Counted from the first letter of the whole stretch, positions 1 to 13,129 are shown. The stretch is 49,967 nucleotides of DNA, filler included, from Jimgerdemannia flammicorona (GCA_003990765.1; 2 parts of 2 records of this genome joined end to end with filler, not necessarily neighbours in it), one strand, 5' to 3'. Notes: generated by a model from the letters alone, not told the origin. Translations and numbers: made by a program.

Positions 1-2188
1 AAAAAAAAAAAAAAAAAAAAAATTATTATATATACAGAGACTTTTATACTATTTAACATCCTATTAATTATTAAAGATTACTGTATTTTAAAACTATTAT
101 TAGCTTATTATTATCTAAATTATATACTGTTGTACTCTTTGAATATATATATATCTTTTTATTACTACAAGATATTACATATCTTATCTATCAAAAAGAG
201 GTTTTTGTTAATTTCTGGAATATATAGTATATCTAAAAAAGTACTGGCAGATTCTATGATATTGCTATAGATATGTATTTTTATATTTTCCTTTTCTTGA
301 GTATAGATGATATTGTTATCTTCTAGTTTAATAAGTATAGAGTACTCAAAAGACTCATATAGAGAACTATTCTCTATATAGTATTATATATTATATTGCT
401 CTGAAATATATATATAAGCTAAATATTATTATTATTGATAATATTAGCATTTTTTCTACTAGTATTGCTGATATTATTATCACTTTTTATTAGATAAAAA
501 ATATTTTGCTATTAATTGAAATTCATAGATAATGAATTAGTAGATTTAGTAGTAGTAAGACTACTTATAAATATAGATCTTATACTGATAGAACTAGTGA
601 TAGAAATATAGTCATCTATATATATTACTTATATAAAGAATATATCACCATTATTAGTTTCAATAGTATTTATATTATTATGCTTCTCTTTATCTTTATA
701 GTTTTTTCTACTATCTCTATATTGCCAATACTAACTTCTATATTATTTATTTTCACTACTCTTCTTGTCATTTTCTCAGTAATAATAATAATACTTTCTA
801 TATCTATACTTGCTACAGTATTTATAGTAACTATTATATTTGGTTGATTGACTATTATTATACTGATTTTGAGTTTAGATTTACTGATCTTATTACTTAT
901 ACTTTTGATCTTATTGGGCACCACTATATCTGCAGAATTTGTAGAAGATATTTCATCATCATTACTATTATTTCCTTAGCACATTTTCTTATTTATAAGA
1001 CTTATTATCATATAAGTATAGTCTGTGAGTCTGCTGCTCTTATATATAGCTATAACAATAATATTATATATATCTGAAAGTCTTCTTATAAGTACTATTA
1101 CATTATTTTCATTGCTAATATAATCTATAGATACATATACTGAGAGAATTTACTTAATTTATCAGATTATCAATATAACTAATATATTTATAAATATTTT
1201 TCTTAGACTTTATTTATAGATTGAATAGCTGAGATTTCAGATAGAATTGATTTGATATAGATACTTACAGATGATGATTATATAGAGTCTCTTATATCTC
1301 ATAAACTATCATAGCATATATTATGAGCTTTATTTATAAATTTGATAATATAAATATAATCTTATATAATACTCAGTAATTGTTTATGATATTATAATCT
1401 TGAATCAGCACTTATGGCTTTATCTACTCTGCTAAGCTATATTCATTAAAGAGATTCATTATATGGAATACCCAGATTATATAATCTTTCTTATTAAAGA
1501 TCAAGATAGATTTCTTAGCTATATTTATACTTATAATTAAGACTATATTTCTTATATCTATTATAGTTATACTTATGGAGATACTTGTAATTGATATATC
1601 TATATTACTAAGCTAATTATTTGATATTTCTAGTATAGTATATATTAAAGAAATGTATTTTTCTTTTACTATAGCTGCTTAGTACTAGTAGAACTCATAA
1701 TCTTTATTATAAAAAAGATCAATTTTAATAAAGTTATATAGGTCATATATTTTATATATTACTGATAAATAACATAAAACTGATAGAATAACATATGGTA
1801 TAATATTATATATCTATATGTCAAGTTGCTATCCTAATAAAAGAGATTGTTATCTAGTTTAAAAGTTTGCTACTACTTCTATAAATATATAAGTAAGACT
1901 AAGTATAAGACCAAGCTAAATAATACTATTAAAAACTATAAATAGACTAATATTATTATCTTCAAAAAGATTAAAAAATCAGATAAAGAATAAAAATAGA
2001 AAGTTTATTCTACTTAGATATCTAGAAAGAATATTTATAAGAAGTTTTATAAGAGATTACTAGAAAGGTCTAAGAAAAACTTAGTTAAAAGACCTATAGA
2101 AGAATAACTAGAGATAGTTAATATGATCAAATATCTATCTCCTAATTCTTATTTCTAATTTAGAACAATTATTATATTATTTAATTCT

Positions 2189-2239
<51 letters not shown>

Positions 2240-2550
2240 TATTATTTATCTTATTTTAAAAATTATAATTGATATTTCTATTAAATAAATATTTATCTTT
2301 AATATTATTTTTAACTTTATTTATAATCTTATTTTTAATTTTATTTTTAACTTTATTTTTTAATATTTATATTTTAAAAAAAATCAATAATTTTTATAAA
2401 ATCTTTAACTACTTCTTTATTTTGTTTTTTTATATCTTTGTAAAGTATATTCAGAATTATCTATATATATTATAATTGATAAATTTTTAATTTTTAATTG
2501 AAATATTCTTTTTTTTTTAGTAATATTTTTTAAAAAATAAAATAAGAATA
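1..2550. repeat. Extremely AT-rich, heavily decayed repeat DNA of unidentified family, with poly(A)/poly(T) runs
   Basis: Almost no CpG, strong TpA excess, A-run at 1-21 and T-run at about 2190-2237. No recognisable protein motif by eye. Same texture as the provably decayed TEs elsewhere in the window. Confidence 0.5.
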
Positions 2551-2602
2551 ATTAAGAATTGAGATAATTGAGATAGAATAATAATTAAGATAGAATAATA
2601 AT

Positions 2603-3795
2603 ACTTTTTTCTCTGCTATTATACTAGTTATAAGATTTTGGTAGATAATTTTTCTAAGTCTTCTTTTTATAGCTTATACTTCCTCTACTATGAGTTGATT
2701 TGTTATACCTATAAAGATATAGTAGAAGAGAGATAATAGTAATAAGTTATCTCTTTATCAGTATTAGATTAGTACTTTCTTTACTTTTTTATAATTTCTA
2801 GTATCTCTGATTATATCTGAGATATATCTATTTTGATATAGTATTTTCTTCTCTTATTATTATCAATAAGGTATTATCTTAGTATATTATAGATTATATA
2901 GAGAGTTAGCTAACCTTAGATATCAAGTATTAGTATAAATTATCTACAGATTATTGGTATCTATAGTAGAGCCCTCTGAGTCTTGGTAAGCTTCTCAGTA
3001 AGTATAGTTCTAGTATAGATAACTGTTTTTCAGATAGAGTTGAGATAAGAGAAGAGATATCTATTATATATAGATAAGAGAAAGAGTAATTATAGTGAAT
3101 TAGTAGAGTGCTAGACTAGAGGTAGTTATTGAAGTTGAGATGAGTATTATCTTAATAAGGCCTTTTAATTAGCTAGCAGAGGATGGAGTAGTGTAATGGC
3201 TAGTATTTTAACTATATTTAACTAGAACTAAGAGCTAATATAGTAATATAATTAAGGCCTACAGACTTGAGAAGTAAGATCTTCCTCATTTAATAGTATT
3301 TAACTGAAACTAAGAGCTAATAGTAATATAATCAAGGTCTGTAGACTTAGAGAGTAGAATTGAAATCTTTTTAGACCTTAGTCTATATATTAGTTCTTTT
3401 GAGAAAGTCTTATATATAAGTCTTTTACTCATCTATTATAAATCTGTTCTATTTCTTATTAGTTAATTAAAGAGATTTTCTTTACCTCTGATCTTTATTT
3501 AGGATCAGAGAGATTATATTATTCAGTTTCAGCATTACTGAATTTGATATATAAATATGCTCTTATAGTATTGGTCTAATGATTCAGTTCTGATAAATAA
3601 ATAAGTTTAGTCTATATAATAAGAGTTAGTATATTGATATATATAGCTAAGATGGTGGGACTGTAGATTCTTTCAATAGTTTAAGAATAATAAGGAGATA
3701 TGTAGTATTCAAGAGAAGATAGAGAAGAATTTTAGTAGATTTTCTTCTAATAAAAATCTACAGAGACTTGATCTTATATAAAAAATAAAAAAAAA
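2603..3795 (+). mobile_element. ~1.2-kb poly(A)-tailed non-autonomous retroposon, copy 1 (most decayed)
   Basis: Alignable by eye to 42539-43712 at the 5' end (ctctgct...tttggtag), in the middle (gagccctctg...ttggtaagctt) and at the 3' end (ttctaataaaaatc + A tail). Flanked by agatagaataataat at 2588-2602 and 3797-3811, inside a 17-bp ttgagatagaataataa minisatellite. Confidence 0.8.
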
Positions 3796-4350
3796 GAGAT
3801 AGAATAATAATTGAGATAAAATAATAATTGAGATAGAATAATAATTGAGATAGATAAATAATTAAAATAGAACAATAATTGAGATAAAATAATTAAGACA
3901 GATGAATGATTGAGACAAATTATTAAAATGAGAGAGTTTTAAAAAATAAAATAATAAAAAAATGAAAAATAAGTTAGTTTTCTTATTAGAATTTTTAACT
4001 TAGTTATAATAACTAAAAACTATAAACTTTAGCTTCAAAATATAAGCTCTGATATAATAAATCTTTCTTCTAAGAAATATAAAGACTGTATAAATCTAAA
4101 ATCTAGTTAAAGAATATTAAAAAAAAAAAAAACGTAAAAAAATAAAAAATAAATAAAAAAAAAATAAAAAAAAAAAAAAAAAATAGTAATAAATAGTTAT
4201 TTATTATTAATAATACTCAAAGAGATTAACTTTATATTAAAGTTCAAGCTATATATATATATATCTAGTCAACTTTTAGTATTGCAACAGATAATAAGGA
4301 CAGCTAGTTATATGCTTGAGGAGAAGCAAAAGACTTAAGATTCACAATGA

Positions 4351-4422
4351 TCACGTGACTAGTCACATGATGTGTGATCACGTGTTTGCCGAGGTGGCGG
4401 CAGCACACTATTTAGTCACGTG
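4351..4422. promoter_or_regulatory. Cluster of TCACGTG E-boxes (possible Cbf1-type sites) about 0.9 kb upstream of the sulfite reductase gene
   Basis: TCACGTG at 4351, 4378 and 4416, plus GTCACATGA at 4362. In yeast, Cbf1 binds TCACGTG at MET promoters. Confidence 0.4.
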
Positions 4423-4433
4423 GTGTGGTTTAT

Positions 4434-4600
4434 CGTGGTGATTTCGCGACTGTGAGGCTATTTCTAATCTTGGACGTAGTGATTTTGTGTTGCAAGTGGG
4501 GATTTCGTGTGAGCAGGACGTGGTAATTTCGCGCCGAGCAGAACGTGGTGATTTCGTGTTGAGCAGGACGTGTTGTGAGACGTGGTGATTTCGTGATGCG
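4434..4600 (+). repeat. Short imperfect tandem repeat (core gtggtgatttcg, about 6 copies)
   Basis: Recurrent (ggac)gtggtgatttcg(t/c)g(tt)gagcag units with CpGs retained. Confidence 0.7.
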
Positions 4601-5298
4601 AGATTGTGAGCATCTTAGTATAATGTATCACAGATCACAAAATGTTGTACAAAACGTTACTTTTTATTCAAGAGTATTCTATTATTGATGGATTTCATCT
4701 AAAAGAGGAAAGGGACTTCAGTTTTGGAACCCCATAGTACCTTGATTCAAGATCGCATGGCAACAAACATTTATCTATTCTGTATTTGTCTTGACCCCAA
4801 TAACTGGCGTAGATGCATCATCGCTTAGTGTGCTTAGTGTGTCGAAATGTCGCTTAGTGTATAGAAATTTATATTTCATAAAAAAACCCCAGATGCGAGG
4901 ATTAGATCCTCTATCAAGGCAGCGTCCCCACAGGCTGCCGATGGTGCAATTCGACCTGATGCCCAAATGCGGTTTTGGTGGCCTGAATTGTGTCCAATCG
5001 TTCTGACGTGCTCGAGGAAAAAGGAAAGATCAGCCACAGGAAATCAAGGCAACGTGCGGGGGCAAAAAAAGTGATTATAAATAGTGTATTCCAAACCGTC
5101 CGCAATTATATATAGTGCATTCAATAGAGCTTCGTCCGTTGAACCCGAACGTGTATCTGGTTACTGCATTTTGGTTTCCTTTCTGGCTTCTTGACGTGCC
5201 ATAGATAAAGAGCCTTCTTAGACATTTCGTGCACCGAGGCTTTGCAATATACAAAAAAAAAACTTACCACTATTCTAGCACAGCAATCTAACACCAAA

Positions 5299-8200
5299 AT
5301 GTTGGCAGCATCAGTATTGCTCATCTCCTCCTTGTTCCAAAGGCAAGACCCCTCTGCCCACCGATCCTCACACCCTCTCTCCAATGACACCGAAGCTACT
5401 CTTTCTTCTGACACCGCCTCCACCACATCGACCGCCATCGACACCGACGCCGACCCAGTTTATACTCTGAAATCCAAGCTTCAGGCCGTGGCTCTCTTGG
5501 ATAACCTCCTCTCGGCCTCAACCGCCTCCACCTACCACCGCCTCCTCGACGGAAACACCGCGGTGGCATACGTCTCCTATGCTCTCTCCGACCTCGCTTT
5601 CGTCTACCCAGGCCTCCCCACCAACTACCCAGGTCAGCCCGCCGAGGACTGGTCCGCCCGCGGGTTCCGCAACGCCGCCGGCCAGGCTCTCAAGGTCGCC
5701 CACATGGACACGCGCGCAGGCGCCCTCAACGCCCTGCAAGGCGCGCTGCGCGGGTCCGATTCCAAGGCGACGGCGGCCGTCTATGCCTCGTCCCAGGCTC
5801 TGCTCAGCATGATTCCCAACATGCACCTGCTGGCCCAGCAGCGAGGCAGATCTAACCCCGTTGTCCTGCATGTCGCCGCCCAGTCGTTTGACGACCAGCT
5901 CCGCTCTGTGCCCGAGGTCGACTCCGTCCTCGTTGCCCGCAACACGGGATTTGTCTTCCTCGGCTCCAACTCGGTCCAGGAGGCCCACGACATGGCCCTC
6001 GTCGCCCACCTCCTCGCCGCGAGGTCCGGCGTCCCTGTGCTACACTACTTCGATGGTGTCCGCACCGCTAACGAGGTCGCCACCGCCAAGGTGTTGTCGT
6101 ACCCCGAGATCGCTCGTCTTGCCGCTGAGCAGACCGCTGTCGGTGCCACCGAGTCCGCCGTGCCTTTCCAGCGCTCGTACGACCTCGTCGAAGACTTGCT
6201 GCAGCAGGTCTCCAAATCCCTCGGCCGCGACTATCACATCTTCGAGTACTCCGGCTCCGATTCCGCAGAAACCGTCGTTGTCACCCTCGGAGCCGGGTCG
6301 CAATCCGTCCGCGACGCCGTCGCAAGCCTCTCCACCTCCGGCGCGCAGGTCGGCGTGCTCAACGTCCGCCTCTATCGCCCCTGGTCCGAGAAGAACTTCC
6401 TCGCGGCCATTCCCAAGACCGCCAAAACTGTCGTCGTCCTCGAGCAAGGTGACGGCCTCTTCGCGTTCAATGGTCCCCTGTTCCTCGATGTCGCCGCGTC
6501 GTTCCGCTTCGGCGCAGGATGGGAGGGCGCCGGACCCCGTCTCGTGACCGCGCAGTCCAACTCATTCGCGCATCTCCGCCCGCAGCACTTCAAGACGCTG
6601 TTCGCGAACGCGCTCGAATCCACCTTCATCGACCTCAATGCCGACGAATACACTACTGTCGAACAGGAGGAGGAGAAGGCGCCCGCCGCTGCTTCGACGC
6701 AGGCCATCTTCTGGGACCTCGAGACGGCCGGGTCCGCGCAGGCGGCCAAACATGCAGCCTCGATCCTTGCAAAATCTGGCGCCAACGTCGATGCCTACAC
6801 CACGCAGGACGGCTACCGACCTGGAGGCCCCGTGGCGAGCACGCAGCTTAACTTCGGGACGCGACCGCAGGGCGGGTCGGCGACGCGCGCGGCGGACTAC
6901 GTGGCTGTGCACGATCCAGCCCTCCTCAAGGAGTTTGACATTCTCGCGACAGCCAAGCCGCGGTCTACCATCCTGCTCGCCGGACCGTGGAAAAACGCCG
7001 ATGAGATCGAGGGAAAGCTCTCCAATGACTTCAAGTTGCGCGCTACCCAGTTGGAGGTGCGCCTGTTCGCGCTCGACGCCGCAAAGATCGCAGCTGATTT
7101 GCAACTGAGGGAGACTGGCGTGGTCTTCGAGGCTGCATTCTTCCATCTCGTCCCCGGCGTGGCACATCTGGCCGGCGCACGCGATCCCGCCGCCGTCGCC
7201 GACGCCATCGCCTCACAGTACGAGGATTCGCTCAGTCCTGATCGCAAGGTTGGCGTGCTGGTGCGCGAGGTTGTCGGCCGGGTGGCGGCGGACCTGTCGC
7301 CGATCGATCTGCTCCCGACCTGGACGATCCTGGAGCGCGAATACAAGAACTTGCCAACGCACGTCGCGCCGCGCTTGGCCGCCAACACTGACACTGACCA
7401 CTCGGCGGCAGATCTGGACGCGGCGACGTTGCCGCACACGAAGAAGACGCACGAGACCGCCTGGCACGTCATGTTCGGTGACGCATACCAGTCCGTCCAC
7501 TCCCTGCGTCCCGACCTACACGAGAAGACCTTCCTAGTCAAGACCTCGCTGCGTAGGCGCCTCACCCCGCTCAACTACGACCGCAACGTCTTCCACATCG
7601 AGTTCGACATCAAGGGCACTGGCCTTAAGTACGAGCTCGGCGACGCCCTCGGCGTTCACGGTCATAACAACCCCGCTGCCGTGGCAGAGTTCCTGGCTTG
7701 GTACGGCCTCGACCCTCAATCGAGCCTGCTTCTCCCGGCCACCTCGCCCGCCGCCCCTGCCGAAACGCGCACGATTTTCCAGCTCTTCTCGCAGACCCTC
7801 GACATCTTCGGAAGGCCCACAAAAAGATTCTACGAGTCTCTCGCTGACCACGCCGCGGACCCCAAGGAGCGCCAGCATCTGTTGCACCTCATCTCACCTG
7901 AAGGCGCTGCCGAGCTCAAGCGTCGTGTGGATGACACCACCACCTACGCCGACCTACTGCGCGAGTTCACATCGGCTCACCCCTCGGTCGCGCATCTGGC
8001 CCGCATGGTCGCCCCCATCAAGCCGCGCCACTACTCCATCGCGTCTTCGCAGCGCATGTTCCCGGATTCGGTTCATTTACTTGTTGTTACCGTTGACTGG
8101 CAAACATCGAAGGGTGAGCGCAGGACCGGTCAGTGCACGAGGTATCTCGACGCGCTCAGGCCCGGAGAGGCTGTCACCGTGTCCATTAAGCCCAGTGTTA

Positions 8201-8771
8201 TGAAACTGCCGCCGCTCGATGAGCAGCCTGTCGTCATGGCTGGGCTGGGTACGGGGATGGCGCCGTTTAGGGCATTCATCCAGGAGAGGGCATTGGCCAG
8301 GGCTGAGAATAAGAAGGGTATGTCTTTGTTTTTATTTGTTTTCATGTTCATTCTCAATGGCAATCGCGCAATGCATCTTCTCACTAATCCTTCTCACCTT
8401 CTTAACTAGTTGGCGACATCGTCCTCTACTTCGGCTCCCGTCACCGTTCAATGGAGTACTTGTACGGCGAGGAACTTGAAGCGTACCTCGCCTCGGGCGA
8501 CCTGACGCACGCTGGTCTCGCCTTCTCGCGCGACCAGCCCGACAAGATCTACATCCAGCACCGAATGAAGGAGGACGTGGCGCGGCTGCGGAAGTGGCTC
8601 GTCGAGGAGAACGGTCATTTCTATCTGTGTGGGCCCACATGGCCTGTGCCGGACGTCAAGGACGCCGTTGTCGAGGCCCTTACCTCCACGGGCGAGCTGA
8701 GTGTCAAGGAAGCAGGAGAGGTCATCGAGTCATGGAAGGAGAAGGAGAAGTACGTGCTCGAGGTGTACTGA
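5299..8771 (+). CDS. MET10: Assimilatory sulfite reductase [NADPH] flavoprotein (alpha) subunit; exons 5299-8317 and 8410-8771, about 1126 aa
   Basis: N-terminal PFOR-like region (DGNTAVAYVSY, SVQEAHDMAL, LHYFDG). FAD/NADPH motifs RHYSIASS, GQCTRYL, GLGTGMAPFRAF. Splicing the gtatgt...ctag intron (8318-8409) restores VLYFGSRHRSMEYLYGEE, FYLCGPTWPVPD and terminal YVLEVY. First in-frame ATG is at 5299. Confidence 0.95.
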
Positions 8772-9109
8772 GCGGGCGGAGCGGAATGGAGAGAGAGAGA
8801 GGGTAATTGGGGGGAAGGAGTTGGAAAAACATAATCTTGCATTTGTATATTCACGACCATCTAATATAACGTTCGCTACACGCTGGCGAAAATTTTTTGC
8901 ACGAAGCACACAATCCAAACCATTTTTATCGGTTTGAGTCACAGTTTGATAACCGGTATTACACAAGAGTACGACTCGAGTCACAGAGTACGATTCGAGA
9001 CGAGGATTAACTTATTTTACGAACCGTGTATACACACGCGAGACTGTCATTATGCGTAGCTCCATAAGTGGGCATCACCCCCAGCCCCTCCCCCAAGCCA
9101 CTCTTCTTC

Positions 9110-10534
9110 ATGGATACCCTCTACTCTTTCGTGATTCCAGAAACCATCGTCATAGACATCCTAGACTTGGTTTCTGCAGACATTCGCACATTACACTCGT
9201 GCCTCCTTTCCAATCGCTGCCTCTTCCGCGCCACCGCTCCATACCTCTATGCCGATCCATTCCGCTGGCCAGAAGGAACCCAGCCCAAAACCCAGTCCCT
9301 GCTTGGAGTCTTGACGGCCTGCGCCGCCGAGGACTCCGCCTTCCGACCCATCATCAACTATGCCTCGCTCGTCAAAACCATCGACATGCTTGTCGCCTGC
9401 TCCCACGCTGTCTCCCAAAACATGACGATGGCCGAAATCCAGGCGGGCTTCGCGTTTGCCGAAACACTCGTCGCGGCGCTGGTGCGTTGCTCGACGGGCA
9501 ACTTGGAGCGGCTCCGCTGGTCGTCGTACCCGTTCATTGAGTGTGGCGTCTCCAGGATGCTCCCCAATCAACCGGAGCTGGTCGCCGCGTGTCTGAGGCA
9601 GAACCGGCGGCTGCGTGTCCTGGAGTTCACGGGCGATCCGCCGCTTGACATCCTTGCGCTGTTTCCCAGCGAGCAGTCGCTAGGAACCCGCGTGCCGTCG
9701 TTGTTTCCTCCCCCATGCCAAAACCTGACCACGCTGCGGCTCGTGCGGCTCTCGACCGTGTTGGACCCGTGCGTGATCTTTATCTTGCGACACGCGCAGA
9801 AGTTGGAGGTGTTTGAAATGGCGGCGACGTCCATGGGCGTGGGAGACGAGCTGCTGGACGCGCTGGTACCACACCCTTTACAAGAGCTATATCTTCGCGG
9901 GTTGATAATGGACGACTGTTCCGTCGACAAGCTAACAGAATTCTCAGCCACTCTGCGCAAACTCAAACTCGAAAGATGCAAAGGCCTACGCGACGACCAC
10001 CTCGTCCCCGTCCTCGCCCAATGCCACCGCCTCCAGCTCCTCGATCTCTCCTATACCACCATCACCGCCGCCGCCATTCTTCCCCTTGCGCATCCACTCT
10101 CCCCACCGCATGACCCCGCAATCTCCCCTCTCACCCACCTCCACCTCACCGGTATCCCTGTCCCAACGCCGACCCTCGTGCAGCTCTTCCGCGCGCACAT
10201 GAACCTCTCCGTGCTCAAGCTAGACCCGGTTCTCCCGCCCGAACAGGGACAAACGGCCTTCTTTGAGTCACTGGCTCGTTCACTGCCCTTTCTCGTCGAA
10301 CTCGAGCTGCCGCGCTGGGGCGCAAACACAGAGGATCTCCTCGCCGTCATCTTGCGGTGTCCGTATCTCCGCGTGCTTAGGTTCTCGTCCACCGTTGCCG
10401 GGCCAATGGGTCTGTTCCACCTGAAGGCGAACATCGTGAGGCGCGAGATGGAAGCCACACAGCTATGTTGGCCGGGTGGGAGGATCAAGAAGTTGAAGTG
10501 GTCGGCGTGGGGGAGCGTGGTGACGCTTGTGTGA
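9110..10534 (+). CDS. F-box/leucine-rich-repeat protein, intronless, about 474 aa
   Basis: N-terminal F-box-like motif IPETIVIDILDLV..DIRTLHSCLLSNR...APYLYADPF, followed by LxxLxL repeats (LRKLKLERC, LQLLDLSYT, LTHLHLTG). First ATG at 9110. Confidence 0.8.
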   Translation: MDTLYSFVIPETIVIDILDLVSADIRTLHSCLLSNRCLFRATAPYLYADPFRWPEGTQPKTQSLLGVLTACAAEDSAFRPIINYASLVKTIDMLVACSHAVSQNMTMAEIQAGFAFAETLVAALVRCSTGNLERLRWSSYPFIECGVSRMLPNQPELVAACLRQNRRLRVLEFTGDPPLDILALFPSEQSLGTRVPSLFPPPCQNLTTLRLVRLSTVLDPCVIFILRHAQKLEVFEMAATSMGVGDELLDALVPHPLQELYLRGLIMDDCSVDKLTEFSATLRKLKLERCKGLRDDHLVPVLAQCHRLQLLDLSYTTITAAAILPLAHPLSPPHDPAISPLTHLHLTGIPVPTPTLVQLFRAHMNLSVLKLDPVLPPEQGQTAFFESLARSLPFLVELELPRWGANTEDLLAVILRCPYLRVLRFSSTVAGPMGLFHLKANIVRREMEATQLCWPGGRIKKLKWSAWGSVVTLV

Positions 10535-10868
10535 GCTTCGTCGGGGATCGGGATGGGATCTTTTTTCTTTGTACATTCCTCAAACATATTCTACATCATT
10601 CCGTGAGGTGGATAGGACCAAGAGAATTTTTTTGTATCTTATCTCCACGCCATGACGATAACATTCTGTTTATATTACTTTTAGTTTTTTTTTTTAATTT
10701 TTAATTTTTTGGGGGGGCACTATATCGAGTTGGCGAACGAAATCTCAATGACCAGGAACGCTTCAGTTGATGGATGTCTTTTGTATCAAATGGGAGCACG
10801 CAAAGAGCCGATTAAAGTCTGAAATATTTGCTAAAAACTAACTCTATCTATTCTCTTCGCAACCAACC

Positions 10869-12747
10869 CTACTCCCCACGTTCTTCCGATAATATATGCC
10901 ACAGCATCCTCCCCTGTATCCTTATAATCCCGCACAACAGCGAAACCCCCAGCGTTACGCACCCAATCATCAGAAACGCGCCCTCCATATCCGTCCCATA
11001 TGCTTTAAACACATAATTCAACACCAACCCCCCAGCGTTCCCCCCCGCCCCAACCAACCCCGACACGACCCCGGCCGTCCTAGGCATCACGAACGGCACG
11101 AGCGCATACGTGGTTCCACACGCGGCTTGCGTGAAAAAACTAAACACTACCAACATAGCCATTGTCCCATGCAATGTCCCCGTCACGCGACTGAACGTCA
11201 CCAGCGACAAGCCTTCAAACGTCAAGATCCCCAGCTGGGCCAGGATGCGGCCCTGGGCGGGACGGGACGCGCGTCGAGCCAGCGCGTCGGAGATCAGGCC
11301 GCCCGAGACCCGAGAGAAGATATTCATGAGCCCAAAGACCGAGCCCAGCAGCGCCGCCGTCGTCTGATCAAGCCCGAACCGCGACCTGAAGAAAGCCGCT
11401 ATGACGTTGTCCACCGCAAGTTCTAGCCCGAAGCTCAGCGCATACTGCAACATCAGAACCCACACGTTCACGTCAGACAGCGCGGCCAGCACCGCAGCCG
11501 TCGAGGCTCTCACACCCTCAAACGGCTCTTCTACAAGCGTCTCGTCCTCCTCGTCCGGTGTCGGCGTCGTCAGCGTCGGTTTTGCTGGCGTCGTGGGGGT
11601 TAAGTGGTCGGTCGTCTTCACATCGGCACCGCGCTGCTCCGTCAGACGAAGGGTGGCGCGATGTTTTCTCCTCACTAGCCAGTCGCCCTCGGGGCAGTCG
11701 TCAGCGGCGTAGAGGTCGAGAATGCCAATGACAATGCAGATGAGCGCGGGGATGACGTAGGCGACGCGCCAGGCGTCGTGCGCGGGGAGTTGGAGGGAGA
11801 GAGCGTTGAAGATGAGAGGCATGATGAGGTAGCTGTGGATGTGGTCGAGAGAGGGCGTGGGGTGGAATGTGGGTCAGATAGATTGTGTGTTGCGTGCGTG
11901 AGAGGAGGATTCATTGAAGGTGGATACGTACGTAAGTCCGCCGCCCATATTGCCCCAGCCTAGTCGCGTTTTGAAGGGGCACGATTAGTGACGGAAACCG
12001 ACGCAATTACACAATCACGAACCGTAAATTCGAGGTTGCTTTACTCAAAGTCCATCCTAATCGACTTACCTGCGGCGATGGCGTTGGCGGCGCCGATTAC
12101 GTTCGGAGAGAACATTTGTGTGGTCCAGAACTGGCAGGGGACAAATGTCGCGCCAAGGATGCCAATGAAGAATCTTTGAAGCGAACGCGCACAGATCGTA
12201 GACGCGCGCGTCAGTCTAAGCCTCCATCTCACACTTAAACGAAGAACCACTGCCTCAATCCTTACCCACACACGCAACTCACCTCAACGCGACCAACCCA
12301 GTTCCATTCGTAACTAGCCCTGCTAGCCCCGTTGGCACGGCACCGATAATTAATATCGCGGCCATGACGCGTCGCGGACCCCACCGGTCGCACAAGGGCC
12401 CGACGACGATGCGGGCGAGGATGGTGGCGGCGACGGAGGTGATGTTTGCTTTGGCGACGTCGTCGTCCGTGAGTGCCAGGTCCTGCTGTAATGTCGGTAT
12501 CAGCGGGCTGATTGCGAACCAGCCCGTGAAGGCTGCGAGGAAGGAGAACCAAGACTGATAGGGCGGTGAAGGAGGGAAGGGGGGGGGAGGTGTTAGAGGA
12601 TAAGGGTTGGGAGAGAATAGGGAAGCGGTGGATACCTACGAAGTGCAGCGCGCGCATGTGCGGCCGTCCGAATGAGAGGATATGGATCTGGGTCGCGCGG
12701 CCCTCGTCGTCGACCTCGACACGGTGCGAAGCGGTGTGTGCCTCCAT
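10869..12747 (-). CDS. NRT2: High-affinity nitrate/nitrite transporter (MFS, NNP/NRT2 family); exons 12747-12640, 12554-12283, 12173-12070, 11959-11932, 11832-10869; 491 aa
   Basis: Four GT-AG introns give a 1476-nt frame. Motifs [30 protein letters not shown], nitrate signature [38 protein letters not shown]. Confidence 0.93.
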
Positions 12748-13129
12748 CGAATTGATTGTGCTGTGCCGGCTCGCAAAAAGATCACACTACGGGTACGTTT
12801 GGTGTTGGAGGGCTTTCCTCGGAGAGAGGCAATCATGAGTCAGACAGGACGATCAAGGTCTCAGGCACAACCTACACAACCTACCCAGTCACAACTCAAC
12901 TCGAAATGACTAGGGCCACTTAGGCCAATCGACAACGGATTAGTAGGATCTTTGGTAAGCGAATTTCGTAAGCGGGGCTTTTTCCTGTTTGGGATCCCTC
13001 GTGTCAACGAAATCAATACGACGATAGGCATTGTCATCTGTCTTTCCTGCGAATGATCCTTCTCGTGTGCCCGCGCCATACCTTATCAAAGCGAGGTTTT
13101 GGATTGATACGCTTGTACGTGGGGGAGCG

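Noticed and set aside
2127..2162. Short inverted match to about 44011-44045 (taaattagaaataagaatta) as TIRs of one giant element
   Set aside because: Short, AT-rich, on opposite sides of an artificial contig join, and without a TSD; more likely separate copies of a decayed repeat.
670..2475. Ile/Lys/Phe-rich ORFs in the AT-rich region, possible organellar insertion
   Set aside because: Low-complexity by-products of AT-decayed repeats; no mitochondrial gene motifs seen.
5242..5298. ORF-track start for MET10 (TTG) and its stop at 8409
   Set aside because: The eukaryotic start is the ATG at 5299, and the apparent stop is the intron acceptor.
9110..10534. Met30/SconB sulfur regulator next to MET10
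   Set aside because: Met30/SconB are F-box-WD40 proteins; this one has leucine-rich repeats.
5518..10587. Many overlapping and antisense ORFs across MET10 and the F-box gene
   Set aside because: Shadow ORFs of GC-rich coding sequence with no recognisable motifs.
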